Source: an uncultured virus (IMG/VR IMGVR_UViG_3300026257_000004) (lineage: Duplodnaviria; Heunggongvirae; Uroviricota; Caudoviricetes). Taken from it: a stretch of DNA of 22,870 bases. The notes beneath the pieces were generated by a model. That model was given only the letters and a program-made list of their open reading frames with translations, made no database searches and had not been told where the DNA came from. The stretch lies in the IMG/VR virus record IMGVR_UViG_3300026257_000004; one strand, written 5' to 3'. Made by a program: the position numbers and the translations under genes. Below are positions 15,716 to 22,870 of the stretch, one piece after another. Position 1 is the stretch's first letter. Every line of letters begins with the position of its first letter.

Positions 15716-16222
15716 TCAGACTGCCACTGGCATCTCAGTAGGCGGTTGACGCTTGGCTGCCTCGAAATATCTTTCGGCCTTCTCCTCTTCTATGGCTTGT
15801 TCGGCCATGATCGCCTTACGTTCTTCCTCCTCATAGTCGTCTAACGGGCAAGGTTCGATTAGTTTCTTCGCCGCTTGGATGTCTGCTTCCATTTGAGCAG
15901 CGATCGTTGCGGCGTGAACGTAATTCACGACCTTCCCTCCGAGGATCCACTGTCGTCCCTGAATTCGCTTCCCTGTGGATAGAGTTGCGAAATCTCCGGG
16001 GATGTCTTGGCCGATCCATTGTGTGATGTGATCGGATTTACCAAAGACTCCAACAGTTGTATAGAGGGCGCCCCTCCCTTCGCCCGTGATGGCATCAAAT
16101 TGAATGTGGCTAAAGCTGTTGCCAAGCGACTCCTTGTCACTACCTGCGTAGGCCCTGAGAACGAGTGTTGGTAAGATCTTCTTTACGGCTTTCGGTAGCC
16201 ATCCTGTCAAAGTGAGATTCAT
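15716..16222 (-). CDS. hypothetical protein
   Basis: 168-aa ORF preceded by a motif copy at 16269 and followed by a hairpin at 15680-15709. Confidence 0.8.
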   Translation of the reverse strand: MNLTLTGWLPKAVKKILPTLVLRAYAGSDKESLGNSFSHIQFDAITGEGRGALYTTVGVFGKSDHITQWIGQDIPGDFATLSTGKRIQGRQWILGGKVVNYVHAATIAAQMEADIQAAKKLIEPCPLDDYEEEERKAIMAEQAIEEEKAERYFEAAKRQPPTEMPVAV

Positions 16223-16268
16223 TTGTTAGATGAGATAGAGAAATAAAGGATCAAATAGACAACGCAAT

Positions 16269-16292
16269 ATGCACTGCTGAATTGATCCACTA
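16269..16292 (-). promoter_or_regulatory. copy of the TCAGCnGTGCAT motif without a hairpin
   Basis: TAGTGGATCAATTCAGCAGTGCAT in the divergent gap. Confidence 0.7.
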
Positions 16293-16304
16293 ACAACACA
16301 TAGA

Positions 16305-16841
16305 ATGTCTTTATCGATAGCAAGTAGGGCAAGCATGCTCAATAGAATTAAAGGCCTCGATGAAGCATTGAGGCGTAAGATGGCTGAGCGAGCCTATGAA
16401 GCACGCGCCCGGCAGGTTGCAAACATTGAGGCAGATCTAACTAACCGCATGGGTGCAGTTAGGAATGATGCTGGCTTTGATGAGAATATTCTTCAGAGTG
16501 TTGCCGCCAATATCGGACAGAATATAAAGCGAGATCCTGTAATGGTGGCAAGGGATCTGAGGGATTCATATGGTAAGCCAGGCCTGAGTGATGACAGCCC
16601 GTCCTACAGAGAGGATCTCATTAGGCAGGCTGCAATTCAGGCTGGTGCTGGCCCGATGACAGCATTGCAATCACGGCTATCAGGCACTGGTGGTGGTGAT
16701 CGTGCTGTGCAAGCTGGGGTTTACGGCAGTGGTGTTGCCATGGGTATGACTGCCGCTGGCCAGGCACTGGATGCCTTGCGTGACTACATGCAGGACGGCC
16801 TTGCTCAGATGGAGGAGAGGCAGTCTCCTCTGAGTTCGTAA
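16305..16841 (+). CDS. Ala/Gly-rich hypothetical protein (possible virion protein)
   Basis: 178-aa ORF, first gene of a plus-strand island. Confidence 0.8.
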   Translation: MSLSIASRASMLNRIKGLDEALRRKMAERAYEARARQVANIEADLTNRMGAVRNDAGFDENILQSVAANIGQNIKRDPVMVARDLRDSYGKPGLSDDSPSYREDLIRQAAIQAGAGPMTALQSRLSGTGGGDRAVQAGVYGSGVAMGMTAAGQALDALRDYMQDGLAQMEERQSPLSS

Positions 16842-16984
16842 TGACTAAGCCGGAAGAATGGGAGTGTCCGCTCTGGCATCAGGTATTAGATACCCTGAAC
16901 GAGAGCGGTCGCACTGAGAGCTCGTATTACGTCATGGCCGAGGAGGCCGTCAAACTATGCGACAGGGAAAACGATCATGAATGA
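16841..16984 (+). CDS. 47-aa protein (W.QV...L.ESG.T.S.YY..A), cyanophage type
   Basis: TAATG coupling; MTKPEEWECPLWHQVLDTLNESGRTESSYYVMAEEAVKLCDRENDHE. Confidence 0.7.
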   Translation: MTKPEEWECPLWHQVLDTLNESGRTESSYYVMAEEAVKLCDRENDHE

Positions 16985-17195
16985 CAACGATTTCCCGACG
17001 CGGTTTGCTGGCGAACGTCTTGGCATTGATCTGAGAGAAGGGCTGACAGATCATTCCATTAAGAGCTTGCGCCAGAGCATGCGCCTCGGAGGAGGCATTC
17101 CGAGTTCTCTGATGAATTCATTCAATGAAATGGCACCAGAGAATTCGTTTGGTGTTTACGACGGCACGCAGCCCGAATACACGTTTGGAGTTTAA
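16977..17195 (+). CDS. hypothetical protein
   Basis: 72-aa ORF overlapping the previous stop. Confidence 0.7.
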   Translation: MNDNDFPTRFAGERLGIDLREGLTDHSIKSLRQSMRLGGGIPSSLMNSFNEMAPENSFGVYDGTQPEYTFGV

Positions 17196-17197
17196 TT

Positions 17198-17371
17198 ATG
17201 AGCAATCTTGTAGCTAACAAAGAAGATGATGATTATGCGAAGAGAAGGGAGGATACGATTCGGGCACTGACAACAGTATTCGCTGGGAATTATCCAGGCC
17301 CTCTTTACGCACCTCATCCTGATAAAGAGAACAAGGAAGTGGATGGTCCTTGCTCTATGGACGAAGGTTGA
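17198..17371 (+). CDS. 57-aa hypothetical protein
   Basis: Manual translation MSNLVANKEDDDYAKRREDTIRALTTVFAGNYPGPLYAPHPDKENKEVDGPCSMDEG. Confidence 0.6.
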   Translation: MSNLVANKEDDDYAKRREDTIRALTTVFAGNYPGPLYAPHPDKENKEVDGPCSMDEG

Positions 17372-17376
17372 ATTGA

Positions 17377-17709
17377 TTAGTGCAGCAAGTCTCCCAGGCC
17401 GAGGTCTTGCCAAGGGAATTTACTCTTCTCTTCGAGTCCGGGATCAATCCCTTTGAAGGCGTCATTCTTTTGATGCCAATCAGCGAACTCACGAATGAGT
17501 CCAGCAAATTCCTCATCTGTTGAGCATTGCTTTGTCGTGCAGTCCCCTTCGACATAAGAGAAGAAGATACGGCTTTCGGGATTAGCCCAAGCGCCGTAGT
17601 ACGAAGCATCTGACGCTGTATCTAGCTGAGCAAAGCCTCTTGAGCAGAGGAGTCTGTCGTAGTGGTGGCGATTGGATTCGTTGAATTCCTCAGTGGTGGT
17701 AATAGTCAT
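17377..17709 (-). CDS. conserved phage/plasmid hypothetical protein
   Basis: RHHYD...GFAQLDTxxDASYYGxWANP...SYVEGD pattern. Confidence 0.8.
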   Translation of the reverse strand: MTITTTEEFNESNRHHYDRLLCSRGFAQLDTASDASYYGAWANPESRIFFSYVEGDCTTKQCSTDEEFAGLIREFADWHQKNDAFKGIDPGLEEKSKFPWQDLGLGDLLH

Positions 17710-17933
17710 GAGTGGGTCCAGAGTTCTAGTTCGTTGTCTCCCTGCGAAATTAAATCCGCCCCGCTATTTAGAAGTGCCTCTGCTTGTTCCTTACATCGTT
17801 CGATTGTTTCAGGGCTCAAGCGAGCGGCAATAGAATCTGCCATTTCAGTGCACTCACGAGACTTCTTATCAGTGGTAGCGGTAATAGCGAGGTAAAGGGC
17901 CAAAACTAAAGCCCCTTCTGGTGTTTTGATCAT
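17706..17933 (-). CDS. small phage protein (ALVLALYLAITA...CK)
   Basis: Start at MIKTPEG (17933), which lies within the direct repeat. Confidence 0.75.
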   Translation of the reverse strand: MIKTPEGALVLALYLAITATTDKKSRECTEMADSIAARLSPETIERCKEQAEALLNSGADLISQGDNELELWTHS

Positions 17934-17998
17934 GAGTTGGTGTAGAGATTGTTGACAAAGAAATCCCGACCAGCAGATGCCAGCCGGGGTGATGGTTA
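17930..17998. repeat. ~69-bp direct repeat, copy 1 (hairpin + leader + ATG)
   Basis: tcatgagttggtgtagagattgttgacaaagaaatcccgaccagcagatgccagccggggtgatggtta is nearly identical to 18402-18470. Confidence 0.9.
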
Positions 17999-18012
17999 TC
18001 AAGCTCCGGGGT

Positions 18013-18405
18013 TCATGGGTATTCTTCGGTGGGGTTATCTGTGATGGCTAGATCCAATATGGACTCAGAGAGTGTCTGAATGTAATCTTCTTCTCCACCA
18101 CAGCCGCAGTTATTGAGGGAACGGTGGACGTATATCCAGCCCTTCTCCTCTCGCTCCTTGTGATTCAGGGACTCCCAGCCCTCCGTCTTTTCAAGTACTT
18201 TATTATTTGCGAATGCTTCCTTCTCCTCTTCGGTGAATTCCGAATCTGTTTTTGGGATGCTAACTCCGTGATCGCAGAATTGGTATGAAAGCCCTTCTCC
18301 GAGAAGCACGTACAAGAAGTCTGAGAACTTGCGACGTTCGGCTTTCGCTGTTCGAGCTAGCAGTTCGTACTGCTTGTCTTTGAGTTGAATTGAAAGTGTT
18401 TTCAT
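18013..18405 (-). CDS. protein with an N-terminal ribbon-helix-helix (CopG/Arc-like) domain
   Basis: MKTLSIQLKDKQYELLARTAKAERRKFSDFLYVLL. Confidence 0.65.
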   Translation of the reverse strand: MKTLSIQLKDKQYELLARTAKAERRKFSDFLYVLLGEGLSYQFCDHGVSIPKTDSEFTEEEKEAFANNKVLEKTEGWESLNHKEREEKGWIYVHRSLNNCGCGGEEDYIQTLSESILDLAITDNPTEEYP

Positions 18406-18470
18406 GAGTTGGTGTAGAGATTGTTAATAAAGAAATCCCGACCAGCAGGTGCTAGCCGGGATAGTGATTA
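18402..18470. repeat. ~69-bp direct repeat, copy 2
   Basis: tcatgagttggtgtagagattgttaataaagaaatcccgaccagcaggtgctagccgggatagtgatta. Confidence 0.9.
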
Positions 18471-18635
18471 AGCGCTTGGAGAGCATGCCTCAATCATCTC
18501 CTTGTCGGAGTCATCGGCTATCTGGTGCAGAAGGCCGACCTGATCTCGGTCATAGATTTCACCGGGCTGATCCCGGTAAGAATCAAGACGCTTTTCGATT
18601 TTCCTCAATGGTTTTCTTAAGTGTTCGAGAGACAT
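18468..18635 (-). CDS. cassette hypothetical protein
   Basis: MSLEHLRKPL..., downstream of the motif at 18654. Confidence 0.65.
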   Translation of the reverse strand: MSLEHLRKPLRKIEKRLDSYRDQPGEIYDRDQVGLLHQIADDSDKEMIEACSPSA

Positions 18636-18708
18636 AAGAGCTATGCAAACAGCATGCACCGCGAAATCGGCGCACTGACAAAGCCCCACCTTGTGGCGGG
18701 GCGATGGG

Positions 18709-18930
18709 TTAGCTGTTGGTCATGGACCTGAGCCGCTTGAGTTCGAGCTCTGTCTTGGAGGCTGCAAGGCAAATACCTGTTTCCAGGTCTTTGATTACTT
18801 GTCGCATAGCAGCCTCTTCTTCTGGCTCCATTATTCCGCGCTCGGTGTAGTCGTTAACATTGCCGAGCAGTTCGTGATAGAGCCAATCGCATTGCATATA
18901 AGACAGGCGGAGTGTTATCGGACGCGCCAT
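18709..18930 (-). CDS. cassette hypothetical protein
   Basis: 73-aa ORF between two near-identical hairpins. Confidence 0.75.
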   Translation of the reverse strand: MARPITLRLSYMQCDWLYHELLGNVNDYTERGIMEPEEEAAMRQVIKDLETGICLAASKTELELKRLRSMTNS

Positions 18931-18983
18931 ACATGGCTATGAGAGGACACTAAAAAAGCCCCACCTTGCGGCGGGGCAATGGG

Positions 18984-19169
18984 TTATTTACGGAGTTCCT
19001 CTTCGGGGATCCAACCTTTACGGGCTAGTCGTCGAGACCATTTCTGGCTCTCCAACTTTTTGCCATACAGGTAGGACCGAACAGATTGCCCGTCCTTAGG
19101 TCCAGCCGACTTCAGTTTTGTGGTCCTGAAGGTTTGAGCAGGAGTCCAGGAACGATTAGTCCGTGGCAT
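18984..19169 (-). CDS. basic small protein
   Basis: TAATG-coupled to 19169..19420. Confidence 0.7.
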   Translation of the reverse strand: MPRTNRSWTPAQTFRTTKLKSAGPKDGQSVRSYLYGKKLESQKWSRRLARKGWIPEEELRK

Positions 19170-19420
19170 TAGGAGACAACTGCGAGGTGAGGGGTCGAGG
19201 TCTCGAGAGCCTTTTCGGCCTCGGATTTCTCTTGTCTCACTGCATATCCTTGCGCGGTTTTAACGTCGTTGAGAAGTTCGCACAGGAAGTCGATCGTCTC
19301 AGGTGTCGCGTTAGAACCATCGAGGATGTCTCCGTTTGCGTTGACACTTCGTTGGATGAGGTTGAGAACAATTGCTCGGTACTGAGCAAGTTGTTCAACA
19401 CTCTTGTCATAGAAGGTCAT
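19169..19420 (-). CDS. cassette hypothetical protein
   Basis: ATG 1 nt after the motif. Confidence 0.75.
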   Translation of the reverse strand: MTFYDKSVEQLAQYRAIVLNLIQRSVNANGDILDGSNATPETIDFLCELLNDVKTAQGYAVRQEKSEAEKALETSTPHLAVVS

Positions 19421-19483
19421 GATGAATTGCTGATAGAGGACAGTGAAATTGCCCCACCAGCCGAAGCTAGTGAGGCAGAGATA

Positions 19484-20065
19484 TCAAGCAGTAACAAGCT
19501 CTGCCACTGGTTCAGCGGCAGGTTGTACTACTTGCTCAACTTCGGAGGGCTCAGTAACAACCGGTGGCTTGGGCAACGGGTTGATTACTTGGCCGTAGTA
19601 GGAACTTTTGTAAGTTCTACCATCACGGTCCCGGTATGGGAACTCGTAATACTCCACAGCGCAGAGTCGATTATCAGAGGCAAGGATGTCTTCCACTTTC
19701 TGGATGTTTTCATCGAAGAAAGTGATCTTCCTGGAGGGACCGTAAGCACGCTTACCGTTTTCCAGCTTCCTACCCTTAGTCATCGAAACCCGAATAGCTT
19801 TCCGGTTCTTGATGACTGGGTAGTCGACATCTCCCTCTCGATCGCTCATCCAAAGAGCGGTCACGGTCTCATTACGTTGCCCAGCCCCTTCGAGCTGTTC
19901 CGTAAGATCCGCATTCTCCTTAGCAAGCTCCTCGATTCGGGCCTCGAGTTCCGCTTTCTCTGAGGTGAGCTGTGCGATGGTGGGTTTTGCCACGTGAGTA
20001 TCCGGCCTTTCGACCGGGATAGAGATTGGACGACCAAGTGCGACAACTTGGCCAAGCTCAGGCAA
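19484..20065 (-). CDS. coiled-coil + putative OB-fold protein
   Basis: Heptads IAQLTSEKAELEARIEELAKENADLTEQLE, then an SSB-like beta region ending YRDRDGRTYKS; TTG start inferred. Confidence 0.7.
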   Translation of the reverse strand: MPELGQVVALGRPISIPVERPDTHVAKPTIAQLTSEKAELEARIEELAKENADLTEQLEGAGQRNETVTALWMSDREGDVDYPVIKNRKAIRVSMTKGRKLENGKRAYGPSRKITFFDENIQKVEDILASDNRLCAVEYYEFPYRDRDGRTYKSSYYGQVINPLPKPPVVTEPSEVEQVVQPAAEPVAELVTA

Positions 20066-20152
20066 TACACATTGCGAACAATATGCACAGCTGATTGAGC
20101 TCACTAAAAATGCCCCACCCGGTTAAACCGAGCAGGGCAAGTGGTGATGGCG

Positions 20153-20431
20153 CTAGTTAGCTGCCGTCCTTAGTACAGCTGTCATCTTCCGCGCATCCTC
20201 TATATGGGGCTCTACCATCTCACGAATGGTGATCCCGAGGTTGCGCGTCTGCTTGACGAGAAGCCCGAACTCATAGTTATGGACATCCATCCGATTACGA
20301 AAGTCTGTCCAATAGGCCATGGGTGAGATGAAGGTCTTTGAACCATTTACAGGTTCGTATTTGGCCTTCATCTGAGCAAGCTCTGCATTCGCCGCAGCCA
20401 GCTGTTCTTTGAGGGGTAGTTGCTTAGCCAT
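20153..20431 (-). CDS. cassette hypothetical protein
   Basis: 92-aa ORF with GGAGG upstream of ATG. Confidence 0.8.
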   Translation of the reverse strand: MAKQLPLKEQLAAANAELAQMKAKYEPVNGSKTFISPMAYWTDFRNRMDVHNYEFGLLVKQTRNLGITIREMVEPHIEDARKMTAVLRTAAN

Positions 20432-20506
20432 TAGCCTCCGGCTGTTGGTTTTCTATGCACTGCTGATTGAGTGCACTCAACAATCCCCAGAGTGTGGGGC
20501 GAGAGA

Positions 20507-20800
20507 CTAGGTAGCGTTGGCATCAGGAGTTTCCGTAGATGCATCCGCTGGCGGTTCAATAAATGCATCCTTCCTGGTCAGTTTGTCCAGTCCGTCCGCA
20601 ATTGCCCGCAAAGTCTTGGTGATACCAGGTTTGACGAAGAAAAAGGCCTCAACGACAACGGCGTAGGCAACGTATAGATATACGGCGACCTGACCGGCTA
20701 CGTCTTTAATCTGCTGCCATAGGCCGTCGTAGTCGTAGTCCTTTACAGCCTGGAGAAGGTCTTTACCAGGCTCAGTTTCAGGTGGTGTGGGCTCAGTCAT
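20507..20800 (-). CDS. cassette membrane protein
   Basis: Start at MTEPTPPE; TM segment VAVYLYVAYAVVVEAFFFV. Confidence 0.75.
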   Translation of the reverse strand: MTEPTPPETEPGKDLLQAVKDYDYDGLWQQIKDVAGQVAVYLYVAYAVVVEAFFFVKPGITKTLRAIADGLDKLTRKDAFIEPPADASTETPDANAT

Positions 20801-20902
20801 GTGATCAAGGTAACTAGTTCTGAAACGGGAGCATGCACGGCTGAGTTGGTTCAGCAAAAACCCCCACTTAGCAGAGCCGAGTAGGGGTTTGGTTAGTTGT
20901 AG

Positions 20903-21058
20903 TTAGTAGGAATGGGCAAGCAACCAGCGCCAGGTCTTCTGATCTTTGTCATTGTCTGGATGTTTGCCTGCCCGTATCCCCGCCTCTAGGAGGACCTGTT
21001 GAAAGTCACGATGTGAATCATGAGTTTTACAGTCGGTCCATCTGGAAGGATTAACCAT
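20903..21058 (-). CDS. 51-aa cassette protein
   Basis: Manual translation MVNPSRWTDCKTHDSHRDFQQVLLEAGIRAGKHPDNDKDQKTWRWLLAHSY; fills one unit. Confidence 0.7.
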   Translation of the reverse strand: MVNPSRWTDCKTHDSHRDFQQVLLEAGIRAGKHPDNDKDQKTWRWLLAHSY

Positions 21059-21141
21059 TTAATAGCACTACTTATGTACTGCTGATAAGGAACAATTAGA
21101 AACCCCCGAATACATCCAGGGTAGGACGATCGGGGGTGCAA

Positions 21142-21351
21142 TTAGCAGGGGTAGGGCAATCCTGAAGCGTGAAACCATGCGAAGCCTGTGGGCCAGACAA
21201 GTCTCTCGAATATAGAGACTTCTGCGGATGGAAACATCTTCTGGAGTTGTTGAGCGCAGGCCGAGGCCTCCTCAAGGGTGACAAAGTTGATGCGTATAGT
21301 GTCCACATCGCCTTCGGGAACGTACACAGTCCATGCGGGTTCCATTTCCAT
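21142..21351 (-). CDS. cassette hypothetical protein
   Basis: MEMEPAWTVY..., ATG 2 nt after the motif. Confidence 0.75.
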   Translation of the reverse strand: MEMEPAWTVYVPEGDVDTIRINFVTLEEASACAQQLQKMFPSAEVSIFERLVWPTGFAWFHASGLPYPC

Positions 21352-21415
21352 AAATGCATAGCTGATAGAGGACACTAAATAAGCCCCACTCCGTATAACG
21401 AAGTAGGGCAAGAGT

Positions 21416-21592
21416 TCAGGGAAAGTAAATGCTTTGAGCTTCAAACTCGCGTTCGCGCTCAAGCATCTCAGCCTCAAGTCTGGCTTGCCAGGCCTTGAAT
21501 AGCGGAGAATTACGCCGCGCTCTCCAGGGGGACAACCTGACGCCAGTGATGCGGACGTCACGCTTGGCCGGAAGAGCTAGTGAAGAGTTCAC
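21416..21592 (-). CDS. cassette hypothetical protein
   Basis: GTG start 1 nt after the motif. Confidence 0.65.
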   Translation of the reverse strand: MNSSLALPAKRDVRITGVRLSPWRARRNSPLFKAWQARLEAEMLEREREFEAQSIYFP

Positions 21593-21657
21593 TATGCACA
21601 GCTGATAGAGGTCACTAAAAACCCTCACCAGCATGGGGAGCTGATGAGGGGTAGGTG

Positions 21658-21840
21658 TTATTTGGCAGGTGAGGCAGGCGTCTTTTCATGGGAGAACGCA
21701 TGCTTAAAAGCCGCCTTTAAATGGTCGAACCTGGTGCCGACTCGGAAGCCGTCTTCCTTGTAGACGCCATCCTTATCAGTGACGTAGACGAGCTCGAGGT
21801 TCATCCAGCCGTCGCCTGAGTAGTTGCGCAATTTAATCAT
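21658..21840 (-). CDS. cassette hypothetical protein
   Basis: MIKLRNYSG..., ATG 3 nt after the motif. Confidence 0.75.
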   Translation of the reverse strand: MIKLRNYSGDGWMNLELVYVTDKDGVYKEDGFRVGTRFDHLKAAFKHAFSHEKTPASPAK

Positions 21841-21909
21841 GGAATGCACAGCTGAATTAGGTCACTGAAATAGCCCCACCTCGTCGAAACGAAGCAGGGC
21901 TGTTGATTA

Positions 21910-22098
21910 CTAGGCGGCGAAGAGAGAGCTCTTCTTATGGTCCGTCCAGTGCTTACGGGCCTCGGAGATGGTGGCCATCTCACTGCAAGGGATAGCCCGT
22001 CCGCCCTTCAGGGGTTGGGTGGTGATGTGGGCCATCCCCGCCTTCTTGTTGATGCTGTAGATGTAGACGCGATCCTTGAGTTGGAGAACGTATGTCAT
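21910..22098 (-). CDS. cassette hypothetical protein
   Basis: MTYVLQLKD..., ATG 4 nt after the motif. Confidence 0.75.
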   Translation of the reverse strand: MTYVLQLKDRVYIYSINKKAGMAHITTQPLKGGRAIPCSEMATISEARKHWTDHKKSSLFAA

Positions 22099-22166
22099 CT
22101 GTATGCACAGCTGATTGAGGACAGTGAATGAGCCCCACTCCGGTGAACGAAGCAGGGCATGATTTA

Positions 22167-22322
22167 TCAGCGGAGTGTGTAGTTCCACAGATAGTTGGGA
22201 TCGAAGAAAAGCTGCACATCCCCGCCGACATTGAGGTATCGGAGGACGAGTCCGGCTACCAGGATGTGGGCTATGAATAGATTTGGCTGCTTTTCAGCGA
22301 AAGAGGCAAAGGTGCGAATCAT
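22167..22322 (-). CDS. 51-aa hydrophobic cassette protein
   Basis: Manual translation MIRTFASFAEKQPNLFIAHILVAGLVLRYLNVGGDVQLFFDPNYLWNYTLR. Confidence 0.7.
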   Translation of the reverse strand: MIRTFASFAEKQPNLFIAHILVAGLVLRYLNVGGDVQLFFDPNYLWNYTLR

Positions 22323-22383
22323 ACGAATGCACAGCTGAGTTAGGTCACTGAAATAGCCCCGACTTACGTCGAGGCCAGGGTTG

Positions 22384-22605
22384 TTATTGAGGCAGTCTTG
22401 AGTAGCAGGCTTTCGGGTGGCCGAGCCTGGCTTTCAGCTGCCTGTAGTACTCTCGTCCGCGTTGAAGGCCACAAATTTGAGTGGTCACGCTGTCCATGTC
22501 TTTGTATTCATCGACTTGGGTGTACTTGACGGTGTTTCCATTGATCTTGAGAGAGTGGCTGATGGGACCCCATGAGCCATCTTCGGTCCAACGGATGAAA
22601 GTCAT
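22384..22605 (-). CDS. cassette hypothetical protein
   Basis: 73 aa, ATG 4 nt after the motif. Confidence 0.75.
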   Translation of the reverse strand: MTFIRWTEDGSWGPISHSLKINGNTVKYTQVDEYKDMDSVTTQICGLQRGREYYRQLKARLGHPKACYSRLPQ

Positions 22606-22822
22606 ACGAATGCACTGCTGATTTTGGACATTGACTACTAATTAGTAGACGTTGCCACCTCCCCTGTTGGGGTCCACTTACAGCGGCTAGTACTGGTGTT
22701 CTTATGAACAAGGGGCAGTGAATGGCTGTTGGGGTGGGCGAGGTAGGCGCGTTAAGTGTTAGGAATGAAAGGTAAATATGAGCACCTAATGTGAACTTTG
22801 TGAGCAAAGGTGCGAAGCTCAA

Positions 22823-22851
22823 ATTGAGCGATTGAGCGTAGCGATTGAGCG
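22823..22851. repeat. three copies of ATTGAGCG
   Basis: 22823-30, 22831-38 and 22844-51. Confidence 0.7.
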
Positions 22852-22870
22852 AATCATTGTTACATATAAG

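Larger units (their letters stand above)
18654..22632 (-). repeat. array of 13 intergenic units: hairpin-(T-rich)-AGTGwCCTmwATCAGCnGTGCAT
   Basis: Plus-strand core ATGCAC(A/T/G/C)GCTGA, or a close variant, starts at 18654, 18929 (degenerate), 19422, 20083, 20455, 20833, 21074, 21354, 21594, 21844, 22103, 22327 and 22610. All except the last are followed about 15-20 nt later by a C-run...G-run hairpin. Confidence 0.92.

Noticed and set aside
19163..19963. 266-aa plus-strand ORF
   Set aside because: It is an antisense shadow of two motif-headed minus-strand genes and crosses a hairpin unit.
21142..22188. Long N-terminal extensions given by the ORF track for cassette genes
   Set aside because: They run through the hairpin and motif units; starts just after the motif are more consistent across the array.
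18654..22632. CRISPR array interpretation of the periodic repeats
   Set aside because: The intervals are about 220-660 bp and contain whole ORFs, and the repeats are degenerate. The exonuclease at 1-551 is an ordinary phage PD-(D/E)XK enzyme with no cas operon.
18654..22632. Integron attC cassette array
   Set aside because: TAAC follows several stops, but there is no matching GTTRRRY core at the other end and no R''/R' or L''/L' pairing across the unit. No integrase is present in the window.
22508..22822. 104-aa minus-strand ORF
   Set aside because: It overlaps the first cassette out of frame, crosses its motif, and has no RBS or protein-like features.

Overview
This window is best read as part of a large tailed dsDNA phage genome, probably infecting picocyanobacteria (Synechococcus/Cyanobium-like). 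The host call is an inference from NtcA boxes, a glutamine-II riboswitch, YRG/DUF4278-like peptides and several small proteins resembling cyanophage families. Most genes lie on the minus strand. At the left is a DNA-metabolism block: a PD-(D/E)XK exonuclease, two ssDNA-binding-type proteins and a beta-clamp-like protein. At the right is a long run of small hypothetical, probably early, genes. Short plus-strand islands are interspersed (Dps/ferritin, an NblA-like candidate, Ala/Gly-rich proteins). Three non-coding signals stand out. (1) A repeated intergenic unit, [GC hairpin]-[T-rich]-AGTGwCCTmwATCAGCnGTGCAT-(0-46 nt)-start codon, occurs in about 16 copies and sits before almost every gene from 18.6 to 22.6 kb, forming an array of mostly single-gene cassettes; some cassettes are bounded by near-identical direct repeats. 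(2) An apparently unclassified, roughly 280-nt, highly structured minus-strand RNA at 5298-5575 has a possible pseudoknot and its own terminator. (3) A compact nitrogen-sensing locus combines an NtcA box, a glutamine-II riboswitch and two divergent YRG peptides. All family assignments come from motif recognition by eye, with no database searches.
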